A DNA stretch of 64,000 nt from Tubulanus polymorphus (Eukaryota > Animalia > Nemertea). The notes beneath the pieces were generated by a model. It was not told the origin of the DNA and made no database searches. It saw only the letters and a program-made list of their open reading frames with translations. Made by a program: the position numbers and the translations under genes. The DNA lies in the NCBI RefSeq assembly GCF_964204645.1, contig NC_134034.1, positions 1,550,072 through 1,614,071 of the forward strand, in the 5' to 3' direction. Below, one piece after another: positions 34,005-48,171 of this stretch (its first letter is position 1; every line of letters begins with the position of its first letter).

Positions 34005-36821
34005 ATGTCCGCGACTAAACTTCTAATTCTCGTGGTTGCGATACTGCTGTGCCGCTGTGGTGCCATATCGGAAATTATCGATGAAATCGACAGAACGCCG
34101 TGGAGTTTAGAAAGTAACTTACTAGATTATGAGAAATACCGGTCACTCGGCGGTAGTATGATGCTGTATTCTGGAATAGTCGACGATAAGCGGCGTCCAA
34201 ACCGACGCGACGATATCCTCAGCAGACGTTTTTACTACGGTTGCCCGTCAGTGTGTCGCTGTTATTATCAACGCGGGTAAGTCGAAATGTACTCAGGAGC
34301 GGGTCTAAATCTAATATCGGCAGGCGTTGTAAAAAAAGAATAAAAGCTATTTTTGTGATCACTGTCTGGACAAAGTGGTAACCTCTAAATGTAGGGTTCC
34401 AAACCCCGAAACAACCTCACCCCAGCATCCGGACTGTATTTATTGCTACCACTGCAGTTGTTTGATTGAAAGCGTTCAACGACTTTAAAGAAAACGTTAT
34501 TCCGCAACACTAACACCTGAACATATTTTTTCAGGTTCGGTATCGCTAACTGCAGGAATAAAGGACTCACGAAGTTCCCGCGAATAAAGAATAACATAAA
34601 TATTCTTTACTTGTCACAGAATAGGATAAAGAGCATAAAACCGTTCCGTCGACTACCGAGATTGACGTGGCTAGGATTACGGGAAAACGCACTGAGTTCA
34701 CTGGTGGGACGCAAATCACTTCATTATCTACCGAGTCTAACGTATCTCGATGTTTCATGTAATCCAGTACGGTTTATTGACAAACATGCTCTCATGAAGA
34801 ATAAGCATCTGAGATTATTCGCTTACAATTTTGTTCTGTTAGTCAAACCTCCAGCGGCATTTGTCAGAAAGGTGTGTCATTCAAAGCACACTGTCGAAGA
34901 TATTCATAATTTATTTCATTCTTTCCAAAATTGCGCTTTCTTAGAATATTTATATTTACGAGGTGCGTGGCTGCCTGAAGCAATTTCGTTGACCGCATCA
35001 ATATTGAAATATTTACCTGTACAGAATTTGAAGGTTTTAAGCCTAATGTATAATCGGATACCCGAAATAGATATAGGCTTTTTTCGTGGGTTCAAAAGAT
35101 TGAAAATCCTGGAGATGAACTATTGCAAAACGAATTTTAAAAAGCGTCAATTCGAAGGACTCGTTAATCTTCGTAGAATTGATTTGACACGGAACAACAT
35201 GCGTAATTTAAATATGACACAATTCCTGATATCCAGCCCGAAACTGAGAGAATTTAATGCAGTGAATTCGGTGGGTTTAACATGCTTCGATAGTCGCTTA
35301 TTATTTGCCGAAAACAACAGACTGTTATCGTTACTATTATCATGTAGTGTTACTGGACAATTTTCCGCTGAATCGCCGTGTCGTGGTCCACGCGGTTACC
35401 TAGACCGAAATTTCTATTTGAGAAAGGACATAACGAACCTGAGGAAGTTGCGCTACTTAATGTTTGAAATAACAAGCTCTTTTGTTTTCTTATGCCTGAA
35501 GTCGTTCGATCTGTTGCCCGAATCGATGACTCTTATTACTATACGCAATCTTGCAGGAGCGTCTGATATGTATAAGAAACGAACTCTTCATAACGCGTGT
35601 GAAAGCCTCATGTGGAATAGGACGTTTCATAAACTAACTTGGTTCGTCCTTGCTGGGACGATTATTGGCAACTGTCCTAGTCGTGTACTCCGTCATATCC
35701 TGACTAGAGTTCCTTCACTAGAATACCTCGAACTCTCCAGAAATGGAATTAGACATTTGGATGGAACCACTTTTGAAACAGCCCCCAACTTGAAGTTTCT
35801 AAGGCTGAAGCATAACAGACTGACGATGATTCAACCGGGTCTGTTAAAACCATTAAAGAACCTACGCGTCTTGGATTTAGCATCAAATCAACTAAAAACG
35901 TTCGATCCTACTGAAATCATGAATTTAAAACATTTCAAATCCATTTTTCTTCTCGGTAATACATTTGAATGCGATTGTCAACTGAGAAAGTTGCAAAATT
36001 GGCTTAAAGAGTTAGGTAGTCGTAGACCAAAGAAGCATTATCATTACGACTTTATTGCAGAAGCCATACACAATCTAACTACGCTCAAACTCCTTTGTAA
36101 TTCACCAAGAAAACTATCCGGAGTTCCTATCCCAAACTTTCAGTTACATTGGATAGAATGTGACAACCACAAAGATATAGTCATTTCTCTTTCGACATTA
36201 TGCGTCGCTGCTATTATTATGGCTATTGGGCGAATTGTCGCCAAAAAGCGATGGGAAATCTTTTATTGGTGGATGGTAAAAATCAATCGATTTCTACCGA
36301 AACTATTACGTATAGCGACGGTAAGCCGTTCTGATGATATGAAATTTGACGGATTTCTGAGCCATAGCATGGAAGACCTTCAATTTGTCTATTTGGATTT
36401 CATACCCGAAATAGAAAAATCCAAAGATTTCGCTTCGAAGTTTTGCATCGAGTTTCGAGACTTTACAATCGGTGCCTACATACAACAGAACAATATCGAC
36501 GCTATTTACGGGTCTCGGTGGGTCGTGTTTTTGTTGACCGAATCATTCATCGAGGAAAGATGGGTAGAATTTGTAATAAGCATGGCGGCAAACCGGTGCG
36601 TCGAGGAGGGCAATAACATCATACTCGTGCTCGATATCGATCATATACCCGAATCGCGCATGCCCGAATCCTTGCGGACGATCATTTCAAATGTTGTTTA
36701 CATGAAATACCCGCGAGACGATAAAGCCCGTTCTACGTTTTGGAAAAAGGTTCGCCTTACCCTGATCGGTAAACAGAGAAAATTCATACAACCAGCTAAT
36801 ATGTATCGATCTAACCGCTAA
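34005..36821 (+). CDS. Toll-like receptor, copy 1 (852 aa). Exons 34005-34276 and 34535-36821
   Basis: Signal peptide, CPSVCRC..NC LRRNT split by a phase-2 GT-AG intron, LRRs, LRRCT (NTFECDCQL...LLCNSP...C), TM, TIR (FDGFLSHS...RDFTIG...FWKKV). Confidence 0.94.
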
Positions 36822-38958
36822 TCTATTAACATTACTCGCTCGATGTATCCAATAGTCAAAGTGTGCAGCCGTCAACGAGCTACGTTCAATTATGTACGAG
36901 GTTATATCGATTTGTAAATGTGACCTAAATACGAATTAGAGTTCAAAATAATACTCAGTTCCTAAACATTTGTCAAAAATTTAGCGATAGTCATCTTGTA
37001 TATGTAGTGATTTAATTATGTAAGTCAAGAAGTATTTGACTTGTCGTAGTGAAAATAGATCATGCATTCTTAGGTGTATGTATAATAAGTGTTTTCGTTA
37101 TTTCCAGTTTGACTTTGTGGTAAACAGGGTTTGAAATATCGAGTATAAATCTGTCTTTTAAATACTCAGTACATTTTATTTCAATTTTTTTTTCAAATTC
37201 AAAATCTGTAAACGTGACATAAAGATGTATTATGAGTTAGACACATTCAAGTTTATTCAGTGATATATATATATATATATATTTTGATTTGATTTATTTG
37301 ATGTTTATCATGGTACAAATATAAATACATTAGGCGGCTACAGTAGGCGGCTACAAACAAAAGGGAATAATGGTAATACATTACACTTGTCTATTCGAGT
37401 AAAAATAAATCAAGAAATCTTATCGTATACTTATGGTATGGTAGATGGGTGTTTTGTCAGTTTGATTTGAGTGTAAACTTCGTAAAATAAAGCCTCTGGT
37501 ACTCTTTTTGTAAAGACAATTTTGTAAATTTTCCAAATTCAATTCAATGGTGCGTGGCAAGTATGTCATTATGAGAATCGATTTAAGATTCCTAGTGGAG
37601 CCGTATTAAACTGGTATAAACACATCAGTATGACAGTATGTTATATTTATGGGCGACAAATCCCTTCAAAAAGACTATAGTTTTTTTTAGACAATTTCGG
37701 GCCGCGTAGACATCTTTGCTCAGCGAAGTCATGCGGTCAGCAGATGGCGCATTTTACATGTGAATGACGTAAGCTTTTAATCGAACTCGTTTTAGTTTTC
37801 TGAGTTTCTATTTCCCTTTTTATATATGATGTAAAGCAATGAGCATATTTTATATGGATGGAAAACCCGTAAATAACAATTCGTTTCGGCTAGAAATTAC
37901 CGAAAATCACCATATATACTATATCTAAATCTTGATATATATGTATAATTAGTTTATTGTCATCTTTTATACATAAATAAAAGCCAGCCTATATAGGCTT
38001 ACAAGACAAAAAGTTCTGTTGGTTAGCATCATGGCGGTGCATTACGCAGAATGGACACATCATTTACAAACTTACAGACGTGATTAATAATGTGATCACT
38101 CGCTAGGATCAAGGACAATTGGTCTGTAGTGGATAAAATATCCATATCAATATCTAAGAGTTCCTTGATTTTAGCGAACAATGATACGAAACAATGATAT
38201 TAACACATTTTATTCATTATCCCGTATTAGATTTTGAAATTCATCAAGCGCATCAACACACTCTAAATGATTTAGAACAGCAGTCACCATCCATATATTC
38301 TTGCTCTGAAGTATACTCATGAAGTCTACTGAGATAGGGGTTTGTGCTGTGGTAGGTTCTCTATATTCACATTCGGGTCCCTGCTGGTGCAGGATGAGGC
38401 TGGGTTTCGCACCTCGCGGTACCTTCATCCCTGTAAGGTTTGATCCGTCGTTATGTTCAGGAGTATAATACCACTTCGTGAATAATGCATTAAATACAAT
38501 TCAACTTTTATCAGAATGCACCATAAACACTAATCTGCTCAATTAAGTATTTCATTTAATACTACGATAATGATGATAAATACATTTTTTACAAAGAAGT
38601 CGCTGACTTCGTGGTGGTGAGTTTATAACGCGTTCGGGCCTCGATACTGCGCCTTATGAGCAATCGTCCATGAGAAGTCTGTCACATGGTCGGAAAGATA
38701 ATGGACTCTAAAACTCACTGACACACCATACTTCGAAACTTAAGCTCGGCGCAGGACCGCACCAATTCGGGAACGCGACCTGATCGGTAACCATAGGAAA
38801 TCAATAAGAAAAGCTGTCTTCTGTCCATAATCTAACCCGGGTTTTATTCCTCCACATAGATATTGGCACCATAGTGTAAAATGATTTTCTAGGAAACAAT
38901 CCCACTAGAAAATGATGACATCTATAGGTGGTGCGTTGGCAATATATATGTTGGTATA

Positions 38959-41900
38959 TTATTTATCTTTTCGATGTTGCCTGCGTTTGGTTTTTGCTCG
39001 TATGGATTTCATATCGATGGTCAGTATTGTGTAGAGAAGAGGATTGAGGGACGAGTCGATCGGTAGGAAAAGAACTGCCAGCCAAGCCGCCACCTGATTC
39101 GGTATTTCTACCCGGAAAACTGCGCAAAACTGAACGATTATTATCGGCAGCCAGCAAAATAAATTACACAGATTTATCACCAAACTCCTGCGTGCCATAA
39201 TCAGTTCGGTAGGATCAGCTCTACCCGAACCGGACCTGCTTCTAGATACGTGTCTGTACATCTGCGCATACGTTGCCATTATCGTAGCAAGTACCATGGA
39301 GTTGAATAGAGAAAAAATAGCGAATGAATATTGCCAGGCATTGACATCAATAGAAATTAGATTTATGGGTAAACAAACTCCAGTCGTACCGTAGAAATTG
39401 TTTCCAAAGTAAGGGAAAGGTGTAAGAGGTAGTAATACAATGAAACACAAGACAATCCAACATGCTCCACAAATAATGCACACATACCTCGGTGATGTAA
39501 TCGGGCTTCCAGAAAATGGATCAACGATATTTGAAAATCTATGACGCGTCATGACGAGCAAAAACATCAATGAACCTTCACAAGAAATAGACACCACGAT
39601 TCCAGCAAGACGACAAAACGAACTGTCCGTCCATGATTCAGAATAGAGAAAGTAGTTACCTTTATAAATGTAATCGGCTCCAGCGATCAAAAACAAATAT
39701 ATAGACATCATGAAATCACACACAGCAATATTAATGATGATGATGTCGGAAGATGAATTTGAGGATGAGAATTTAATCGCATAAATGCGAAGAGAAACGA
39801 CAATTCCATTAGCGAAAAAGCTGAATGAACCTATGACCCAGATGATAGTTCTGAGGACTGTGTTACCCATCAGATCAGAACAGGAGGAAAATTCATCAGC
39901 TTCAGGGAAACAATGGTCAACATTCGGAGCCATGCAGCAGAATTTGTAAGCATCAGACATAAGGGAGACTAAAGATGTAAGATTATTGAAAACATTTCTG
40001 TCAGCAGAAATAACTTCGTAGTTGTTGGTTATATCCAGAATTTCAATTGAAGTTAATCCAGAAAATGCGTAAAGCGAAATATGATGGATTCTGTTACTGC
40101 TAATATTCAACGACTGCAATGAAGATAAACCTCTAAACACATTGCTACCAAGCACCGTCAAATGAAACTCGTGAAGGTCGAGAAATGTTAGTGAATTCAA
40201 ATCTTGGAAGGTGCCATCCTCTAAATCCCATATTGGATTTTCAGTTATGAATAATTCTTCCAAACTATACAAACCGGTGAATGTATTTGCAGATAAAGAT
40301 GTTATGTTGTTATTTGTAAGGTCTAATGCATGCAGATTATGCAGGTTTGAAAACGAGTTTGGCAAAATATACGACAATTCATTGGAGGAGATGTTAAGCA
40401 TTCGCAAATAGATGAAGGAAAAGAATGTTGACGTGTCAAAGATAATTTCGTTATTCGACAAAATCAAAATCCGAGTTGATGCCGAAAGATCAGTGATGTC
40501 TTTTATACCAGTATTTCCACAATCAACAAAATACCCCAGACACTTACAACCTCTCGGACATGTGACTATACAGAAAGCCTCGTCATCAGTTGTAAGTCTA
40601 CAGTTAACGACACCATCACAAACTTCAGGTTGTGGGATACATCGATTTTCCAGGCCACATTTAAACATTCCTGTACATGAAAATGTCTCGCAATTTTGTT
40701 CATCTTCTGAATTGGGACAATCAGATTGACCATCGCACACCTGTCTGATTGGTATACAGTACGATGCTGGACATTTTACAGTACCAGCTGGACATTCAAA
40801 TTCTTCACATTTCAATACGTGCTCGAGATTTCTACAAACAGGGTAACCGTTTGTGAATCTTTCAAAAATACATCTGTGACGCCTTGAATAACAGTGGGGA
40901 GAATTGAAAGAACATCTTTGTTTATCGGGTTCCATACAAAGATTTGTGAAGTTAGTCGTACAGTGGTTATCATCATTGCAATAAACCGTAGGATTCACTG
41001 TAACATTAGTAGTTGTTATCAATTCATCTTCTTCGAGGCTTCCACTGCAATCCACGACACCGTCCTGATACAGTTGAGAACTGATACAGTCTCCACTGTT
41101 ACACATGAACCCCTGGCACTGCTGAGCGGTGCATCCCATTTCATCAGAGCCGTCTTTGCAATTTGTGACTCCATCACATCTATCAGACCTACTGATACAT
41201 TGGCCATTGTCACAGCGATATTGTTCGGACAAACACGGGGGATGAAAACACGAGTTCTCATCAGAACCATCCACACAATTCTTAGTGAAATCACAAAATC
41301 TACTTATTGATATAACCTGACCATCGTAGCATTGAAAATGAATGTGTGAATTTACATCCGTGCAATTGAGTTCATCTTCACCGTGTTGACAGTCGTTTCT
41401 GGTATCACATACGCGATGGTCGCTGATACATATCTGATCGTGACATTCAAACTGCCACGATTTACAACCGCTTATAGAAGCTAACTCCTCATCAGTTGCA
41501 TTGTAGGAACATAAAACAGAATGCGCTGCATCTGATGTGATGTTCTTAGGTAACATTTCCCAATGAACTGTTTGCTGGTAAGTTAATTCATGCCTTGTAA
41601 CAGATGGTTTTATTATCCTCCATTGATTGCTAAAATCCTTACTTAAAATTGCACCATATTGATGTTGATAACGAAGTCTGTCGATCAGTTTTCTGGCGTA
41701 TATAAGATCCTGCAGCATACCTATTTCACCACTAATGCTATTGCACATCCTTTTCGTACTAACAATATCTAGAATTGGCACTGTGTTCCAATTGGTAAGT
41801 ACTTGATAACATCGTCCAGCTATACCTAACCAACCTATTCTGCAATTCGTATTTATATCTGCATTTGATGATACTACTTGTTTTATTAAATCGTTTGCAG

Positions 41901-44900
41901 TACTATTTCTATTTATATCTGTTCTTTCCGATTCGCAAATGAAACTTGTGTGAACCTCTTCGATTTCGCAGGAGAATCGAATCCAGTTCGCTGATCCTCG
42001 TGGATTATTCAGTATCATCGCCGTACACGGCATACTGACGTCATGAATCGGTTGTGTTCGTAGATGAGATATCAATCCTTGAATAACTTCTGGTACCGTT
42101 TCATTATTTGTAGGTTTGTACCACTCCGTGTAGCTCAATGGTTTCCCATCAGTCCACGTGTAATAACCAGTATCGGGCTAGGAAAAAGATTGTAAATGAA
42201 ATAAACAAACCTCACTGCCAACTTTTTTCAAATAAAGGGCTAATCTTCAAATAAGGGCATTTTACAACTAAACTAGATTTTACTTTGATGGTATTCATGG
42301 TTTTGTTCTCTCCGTGACTCAATAGCTCAGTCAACACAATAAGTACTACGTTCTTTAAGTGTTATTGATAATGACATCCCTGGGAAAGCCCATCGGCATC
42401 CAACGTTGAACTTGGGACGCTGAAGGCTTTCCCGGTGATGTCATTATCGAGAAACGAGGTCAAGCATCGATTAGTAAAGAGGAAATATCGATTGAAATTT
42501 TGTTCGTCCTCTCCCGGTACTTCCAAACGGCTCAGAGCTGATGAACATTACATTCTACGCAAATGCAAACCCCTATTTCCCTCCTAATTACAGAATATCA
42601 GGGTCCAGTTGCTCAAAAGTTGGTTTAGAGTTAACCTGGATAGTTGACATAGCGGTTACCTTTAACCATCGTTTTAGCATCTACAGCCCCTGAGCTGATG
42701 GACAAAAAATTCCGCACGAATTCAAACCCCCATTTCCCTCCTTATTACAGAAAATCAACTGTTTATTATCGGTGGTTATAATTTCTGCCATTAGGATCTG
42801 ACATAAAGTTACTCTCAGAACCATTCTAAGGATTAACACACATATTAACCTAAACTACATCAATTTACCTGTAATTTCAGTCCAATCATCAGTAGGACGA
42901 CTTCCTGCGAAAACGCTTGCTTTATTAAAGGTTTTTCAGCGAATATTCTTTTTAGGTTTATCATCTCTTGCTCTGAGTTGACACTCAGTAGATGTCCCGC
43001 GTACTTCTGCCTGCAGTGTAATTCAGCATCTATCCAATTCAGACGTTTATCTTTGATGTATTTTATGCAGGAAATTCCCGAATCTAGAAATCCCGATTTA
43101 CAGACATTATCGCGATGTTTCATCCGCATCTGTTCTTGTAAAATGTATTGTATGCTGAACGTTGGTACATTTTTGGTGACTTCGAGCCTTTGTCCCGTCA
43201 CTTGTAAACTGTAAAATGTAACTCCCGGTGTGTTGTACGTTCCACAGAGTCTTCTTTCGTGTCTTATCACGAATTTTTCGACGAATAAAACAGGGTCTAT
43301 AACATTCATAGTATCTTTGAAACATTGCACCATCTCCATATGTTTTATAATGAATCTGGTGTACTGAATTCGCTTTACATTTCTTCTGAACGTGAAGCTA
43401 TAAGTAATAATGCGTTCATACAAAGAATTAGGAATAGCAGGGTAGTCTGGTGATTGCATTATTCCACAGTTTCTTCCGTCGTTACGAGCAGATCTCCAAC
43501 GACTAGGCCTTTTCGGTGCTTGGCAAATATGTGCCAATTCAACAAGGTACGGGTCTGACCACAACGAATTCGCCTTCTTTATCGTTACAATGTGCAATAA
43601 GAGCCCGTTTTTGAGACCCTCGATAGTAAGTGACGCAAATTCTCTACAAAATCTGACACCTGTTGCATGGTCAGGTACACATCTACTAATTTCATATCGG
43701 TATTTTGATATTATACGAATTTTATGTAATGGAACGCGTCTGTTTTTGGGATTGATAATCAAACAGCGTGACGTCACTGTGTCCCGGGGTTCCTCCCGTG
43801 GATAGTAACCGTTACAGTCAGTTGGACGTAATCTTAAAACGCCTCCAGGCCTGGCTCTATTGTTATAACTATACCCTACTGTAATAACCGGTCCACCTGA
43901 CGTTACCAGACTGACGACACTTCGGCGATAACCCGACGACCCGGGACAATACGGACCGTAGCGTCTAGCTGTTAGATTACCGCCATCATATATGTAGAAT
44001 CCGGAATTGTCACAATTTTCAGACTGCACCGGTAATATCAATTCCTCGTCTGTGATGCTAACTTTCCAATGTATATCGAACAGCTCGATTCGATACTCCA
44101 CCATCCTCGATCGATGTGTTGATATCGGGTTATGTTGCAGTGACTCGAAGTCGTAAAGTATCTGAAATGTTAATTTTAAACAGGTTTCGTTAATTTTAAC
44201 AATTGATTATTCTCCACTGCGAACGAGTTTGAATATAAGGGCATTCATAATTCGACACTTACCCAATGCTTATTGATGGCAAGTTTTGATATCGAAATCG
44301 ATTCCATTCTGAAGTTTATGCTCAGATTCGATTCTGTGATGTTCGGTCTCGTCAGAACGCACAGTATGACGAGAAATCCGTCAGATTTGGCACTCAGTGA
44401 TTGTAGGTAGTTGTAACTGAGTAAAATATCAGTTCCTACAATACGCAACGCTTCTAACTTATATACACCAATGACATCACCGGATGCGCTGAGATCACGT
44501 GTCCAGTTGAAGACGACGTACTGTAACACCTGCACTGTGATAGACCAGCAGTGTAAGTGTTTTGATCGAGTTATTATGTGTAAACTGTTGTCATCGGCAA
44601 TGAGCACTCCCGATTCGTTATTAGAAATCTGAATCAATGGATTAGAAATGTTCCAATCTGATATTTTGTACATCTGAACTAAAAGTTTAGTCGTTGCACC
44701 GCGCATATATGTCGAAGAAATAATTGCTTTGTTAGTTTTGGTATAAAACGATGACGGGTGTTGTTGGCGTTGATCACCTATAAGCGCCATCGGTTCACCG
44801 CTGGTGTTCCAACCATCATAGATTCGGAAACCCACCGCTGGATCGGCGTCTGATCGCGGATATACAACCAGGACTAAATCTACAAACGTCAAATTCATCG

Positions 44901-45498
44901 CTACACCATCGGGGATGTTGCTCCATTCGAGGAATAACTGACATCGCTGTTTATTGGAAATCTCATATCCGATTGATGTTTTTATCAAATCCATTGCAAA
45001 AATCGATTTACGGCAGTTGTGGCTGATTTTCAATCGGTTTCGTTCATAATGATATATAATATAAACCCGACTACCTCGCGCACCATTGAAGACGTCACTT
45101 CTAAATATCAAGGATATCGAATTGTTACGGCGGAATTCATGTTTTCCATCGCCACAGAATTGTTTATCAGACTCGTAAACGAGAAGATAGCCATCACTAC
45201 AAAATATCGATGGCTCGATGTCGTAGTGGATTTGGACGTGAAAAGTTCCCCCGGATGAAGAGCCGTTGATGAACCAACGACATTCGACACCGCGCGCTAA
45301 CGACGGATAATTCGGTGAAACGATGTAACCGGACGTAGAATCGACAGGGTACCAAGTGTTGTTGCAAGACGACATGACAGTTACCGACGATTCCTCGATA
45401 GAGTCCGCGCGATCGGCGCGTGCGATGCGAACTCGGCAGACGATCAGCGTCGCTATAAACAGCGTTCTCAGTCGCTGCTCCATACCGAACAACATCAT
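38959..45498 (-). CDS. GRL101-like LGR GPCR-A (signal peptide, CUB/CUB-like domains, C-type lectin domains, ~7 LDLa, LRRs, 7TM), ~1915 aa. Exons 45498-44263, 44161-42869, 42177-38959
   Basis: Three ORFs join through phase-0 GT-AG introns. CUB (GYIVSPNYP..CRWFI; CGIMQSPDYP), CTL split by intron 2 (LNWIDAELHC..LLSVNS..IGLKLQ|PDTGYYTWTDG), LDLa repeats, LRRs, hinge SDAYKFCC..FSSCSDLM, 7TM ending NPLLY. Confidence 0.9.
42601..42690. mobile_element. Small Harbinger-like MITE in GPCR-A intron 2
   Basis: tca-gggtccagttgctcaaaa...ttttagcatctacagcccc-tga; lies between two copies of a ~65-bp direct repeat. Confidence 0.45.
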
Positions 45499-45772
45499 CC
45501 CGTTACAATGATCGCAGTGGCTTCAGTTTAGTTTCAGAGACTCGTTTATTGGATGCGATTTCGTCCAATCAGAATTTCATGCTGTCAGAAAATCTTCAAA
45601 TGCTTTCAGTAAAAATATGTACAAATTCGACTGGAGAAAAAATTCTTGATTTTCGCAGTTTTAGTTTGTTCACTCACTACTGTATACTATGAGTTCATAT
45701 TATCATTGCAAATTCGACACAAACACCCGATTTCTTTCGGAAAAACACTCGTCCAACCTGACCAAAATATCG

Positions 45773-45966
45773 AGGTTAAACTTCGCAATGAAGGAGAGTA
45801 AAATTTAAGTCCCGCAGTCACGAAGTCGAAATGTTGAAATTTATTAAAAATCCGAATTTTCGGTTTTTCCTAAAAAAAAACCATCGTCACTTCATGACAC
45901 GAAATTTTAACATTACGACATTTAAAGTTTTACGGCTTCGTGACAGTGGGACTTACATTTTAACCT
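45773..45966. mobile_element. MITE-like inverted-repeat element upstream of GPCR-A
   Basis: taagtcccgcagtcacgaagtcg (~45806) is inverted relative to cggcttcgtgacagtgggactta (~45933). Confidence 0.55.
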
Positions 45967-47380
45967 AACCAAAAGTATTCCAATTTGAATTCTCACATTT
46001 CCCAAAAGTATTCCAATTTGATTTCTCGCATTTCAATAGTTATTTGCATTTTTTTGCATCTAATAATCTTGTCAAAAGATAAAATCATCACAAGATTCAT
46101 TTAGTTTCCGTTACCCGGATGTAATACGCAGAAGGCCTTGATATTTTACAATGCTCGAAATCATCTACGACGTCATTCATTCGCTTGCAATCGAGGTCGA
46201 ATCTTATAAATAAAATATCAGACCTACACCCCGATTTGTTACCCTACCCTAATTTCATTATGCCTAGTTCGAATTAATTACGTTTACTTTTTGTCCATCT
46301 TCATTTCACTGAATTTCAAAAGGTTTCTTTACTCTTGCAGAAATTATACTTGCTTCCATCAATAAAAATCCTCGTCGCTGGTTTTCGTCCTCGGATGGCT
46401 TCACCAGTTCGCCAAGATACAGTTTCCCTTAATTGACATCGACCGGGACCCTACTCGACAAAGTCTCGAATCTTCTGGTCCCTGGCATTCTCATTCTTAT
46501 TCGTGATATATTGTATTTGTTATGTACATTTTTTATTAGATTGCAAACAAATTACAATTACAATTTAGTCCCCTAGTTTAAAACCGCTCGATGCTACGGA
46601 TTGTGTCAAATGCGGCGTTCTTTCACTCTCGAAGAGGCCACAAAAATACAAAGTCCATATTCAATGCAAATACTATGTATATACGTACATGCTTGTAGCG
46701 AACTCGTGAAAAGTTTCGCCTATTTTCGGACATCTTCAGTTATTTAGAATTATTGAAAAAACACATTATCCGGGAATACTCTGCTGTCCGAATTGAGAGT
46801 CCTAAGATTCAAAGCAGCATTAGTAGTAAGAAAATCCTCTGAACGGCTTCGTACGTATAAGGCAGTTCTATCCAGAATGGTTTATGTTTTAGCGTTGCGG
46901 TATTTTCTAGAGAATCGATCCGAACCGAGGGAAGTATACAAGTCAACTCTTCAACAGAGCGCATGAGTGAAATGCCTCGAGGCAGTTACCGTAAAAACGA
47001 CACATGACAGCTTGTGCAAGACTGGAGCTGTAAGCTCGAGGTCTATTCATTTCCCTTTACGTCAACTGACTCCTCTTAACTCAAATAGATTTGTGACCAG
47101 TGGTTTGTGTTTGCGATAAGGTTATTGTGAGTAAGATTTATCTAATTGATGGTGGCCAAGGTTTTCTTCAATCACCATTAAAAGAGGGGATAGCGCGCGC
47201 AGCAGTCCCCCTCTTAAATATTCGACCTTGAATCATAATTGAAAAAAAAATATATTGAGACGACAAGTGAACAGCGATTAATGTAAAAGGTGGAGTTAGC
47301 TTTGCTTGGATGTCCGAGATATTTCTTTATACCTGTTGATAATAGGCCTACATAGTGTGTACATTGAATCTTTGTTTTCA

Positions 47381-47775
47381 GTTTGATGTGATCAGTGAGA
47401 AACTGTTTTGAGAGGCATCATCAACTTCTCATTTCCTAGATTGCTACTACGTGTACTTCTGGGTGGAAATATCCGTTATTACGACGATAGCAAAGAACAC
47501 GGGTTAAGAAAGTTACTAACTAGATTATGCGAAATACTGGTCATTTGGTGGCAGCCTGGGTCCAGTTCCACAGTTCTGAGTTAAGGTTTGATTCTTCATT
47601 TAACTCATCGAAAATGAACTGGCTTTAACTCACAGTTAACTGTAACTCACAGTCCTGTGGAACTGGGCCCCGATGCTGCGTTCTGGCGATAAGCGGCGTC
47701 CAAACCGACACGATAATATCCTCCTACTTCGGTAGCCCGTCAGCGTGTATCAATGTCACTGCATGTAAAGATTGG
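47381..47775 (+). pseudogene. Decayed TLR exon 1 (third TLR copy), interrupted by a MITE
   Basis: Collinear with TLR1/TLR2 exon 1 (gatgtgatcagtgagaaactg; gaaagttactaactagattatgcgaaatactggtca; ggcgataagcggcgtccaaaccgac; gcccgtcagcgtgt). ATG lost, indels present, no exon 2. Confidence 0.85.
47558..47670. mobile_element. Harbinger-like MITE, same family as 11438-11548
   Basis: TIRs gggtccagttccacag...ctgtggaactgggccc. Confidence 0.8.
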
Positions 47776-48171
47776 TAAATTTATATTTTTTCTCTCAATT
47801 TTTTTTAATTGTTTAACTTTTTTTTGTAATAATGTTCTATGAAATGTACGTAGGCATATAGAATAAGTTAGAACTGATTTAGGTATATGTTGTTTGTACC
47901 ACCCCCTGCGACATACTGGTAGAATATTTCGCGATCCTTAAAAAACTGGTCACCAAAATTCTCCAGCAACTAGTCTGAATCTAGAAGGACATCTAGATCG
48001 ACCCCACAGACACATAGATAGTTAGTCCCCTATTCATGGGGGAAAATAAGATCTTTCAGAAATCATCCATCAAAAGTTGATTAATGAAGAAACATCTATC
48101 CATACCCGCATTGAGAAAAACAATGCAGAACAAAATATACTCGACACTCGACCTCCGATCATGTTAGTACT

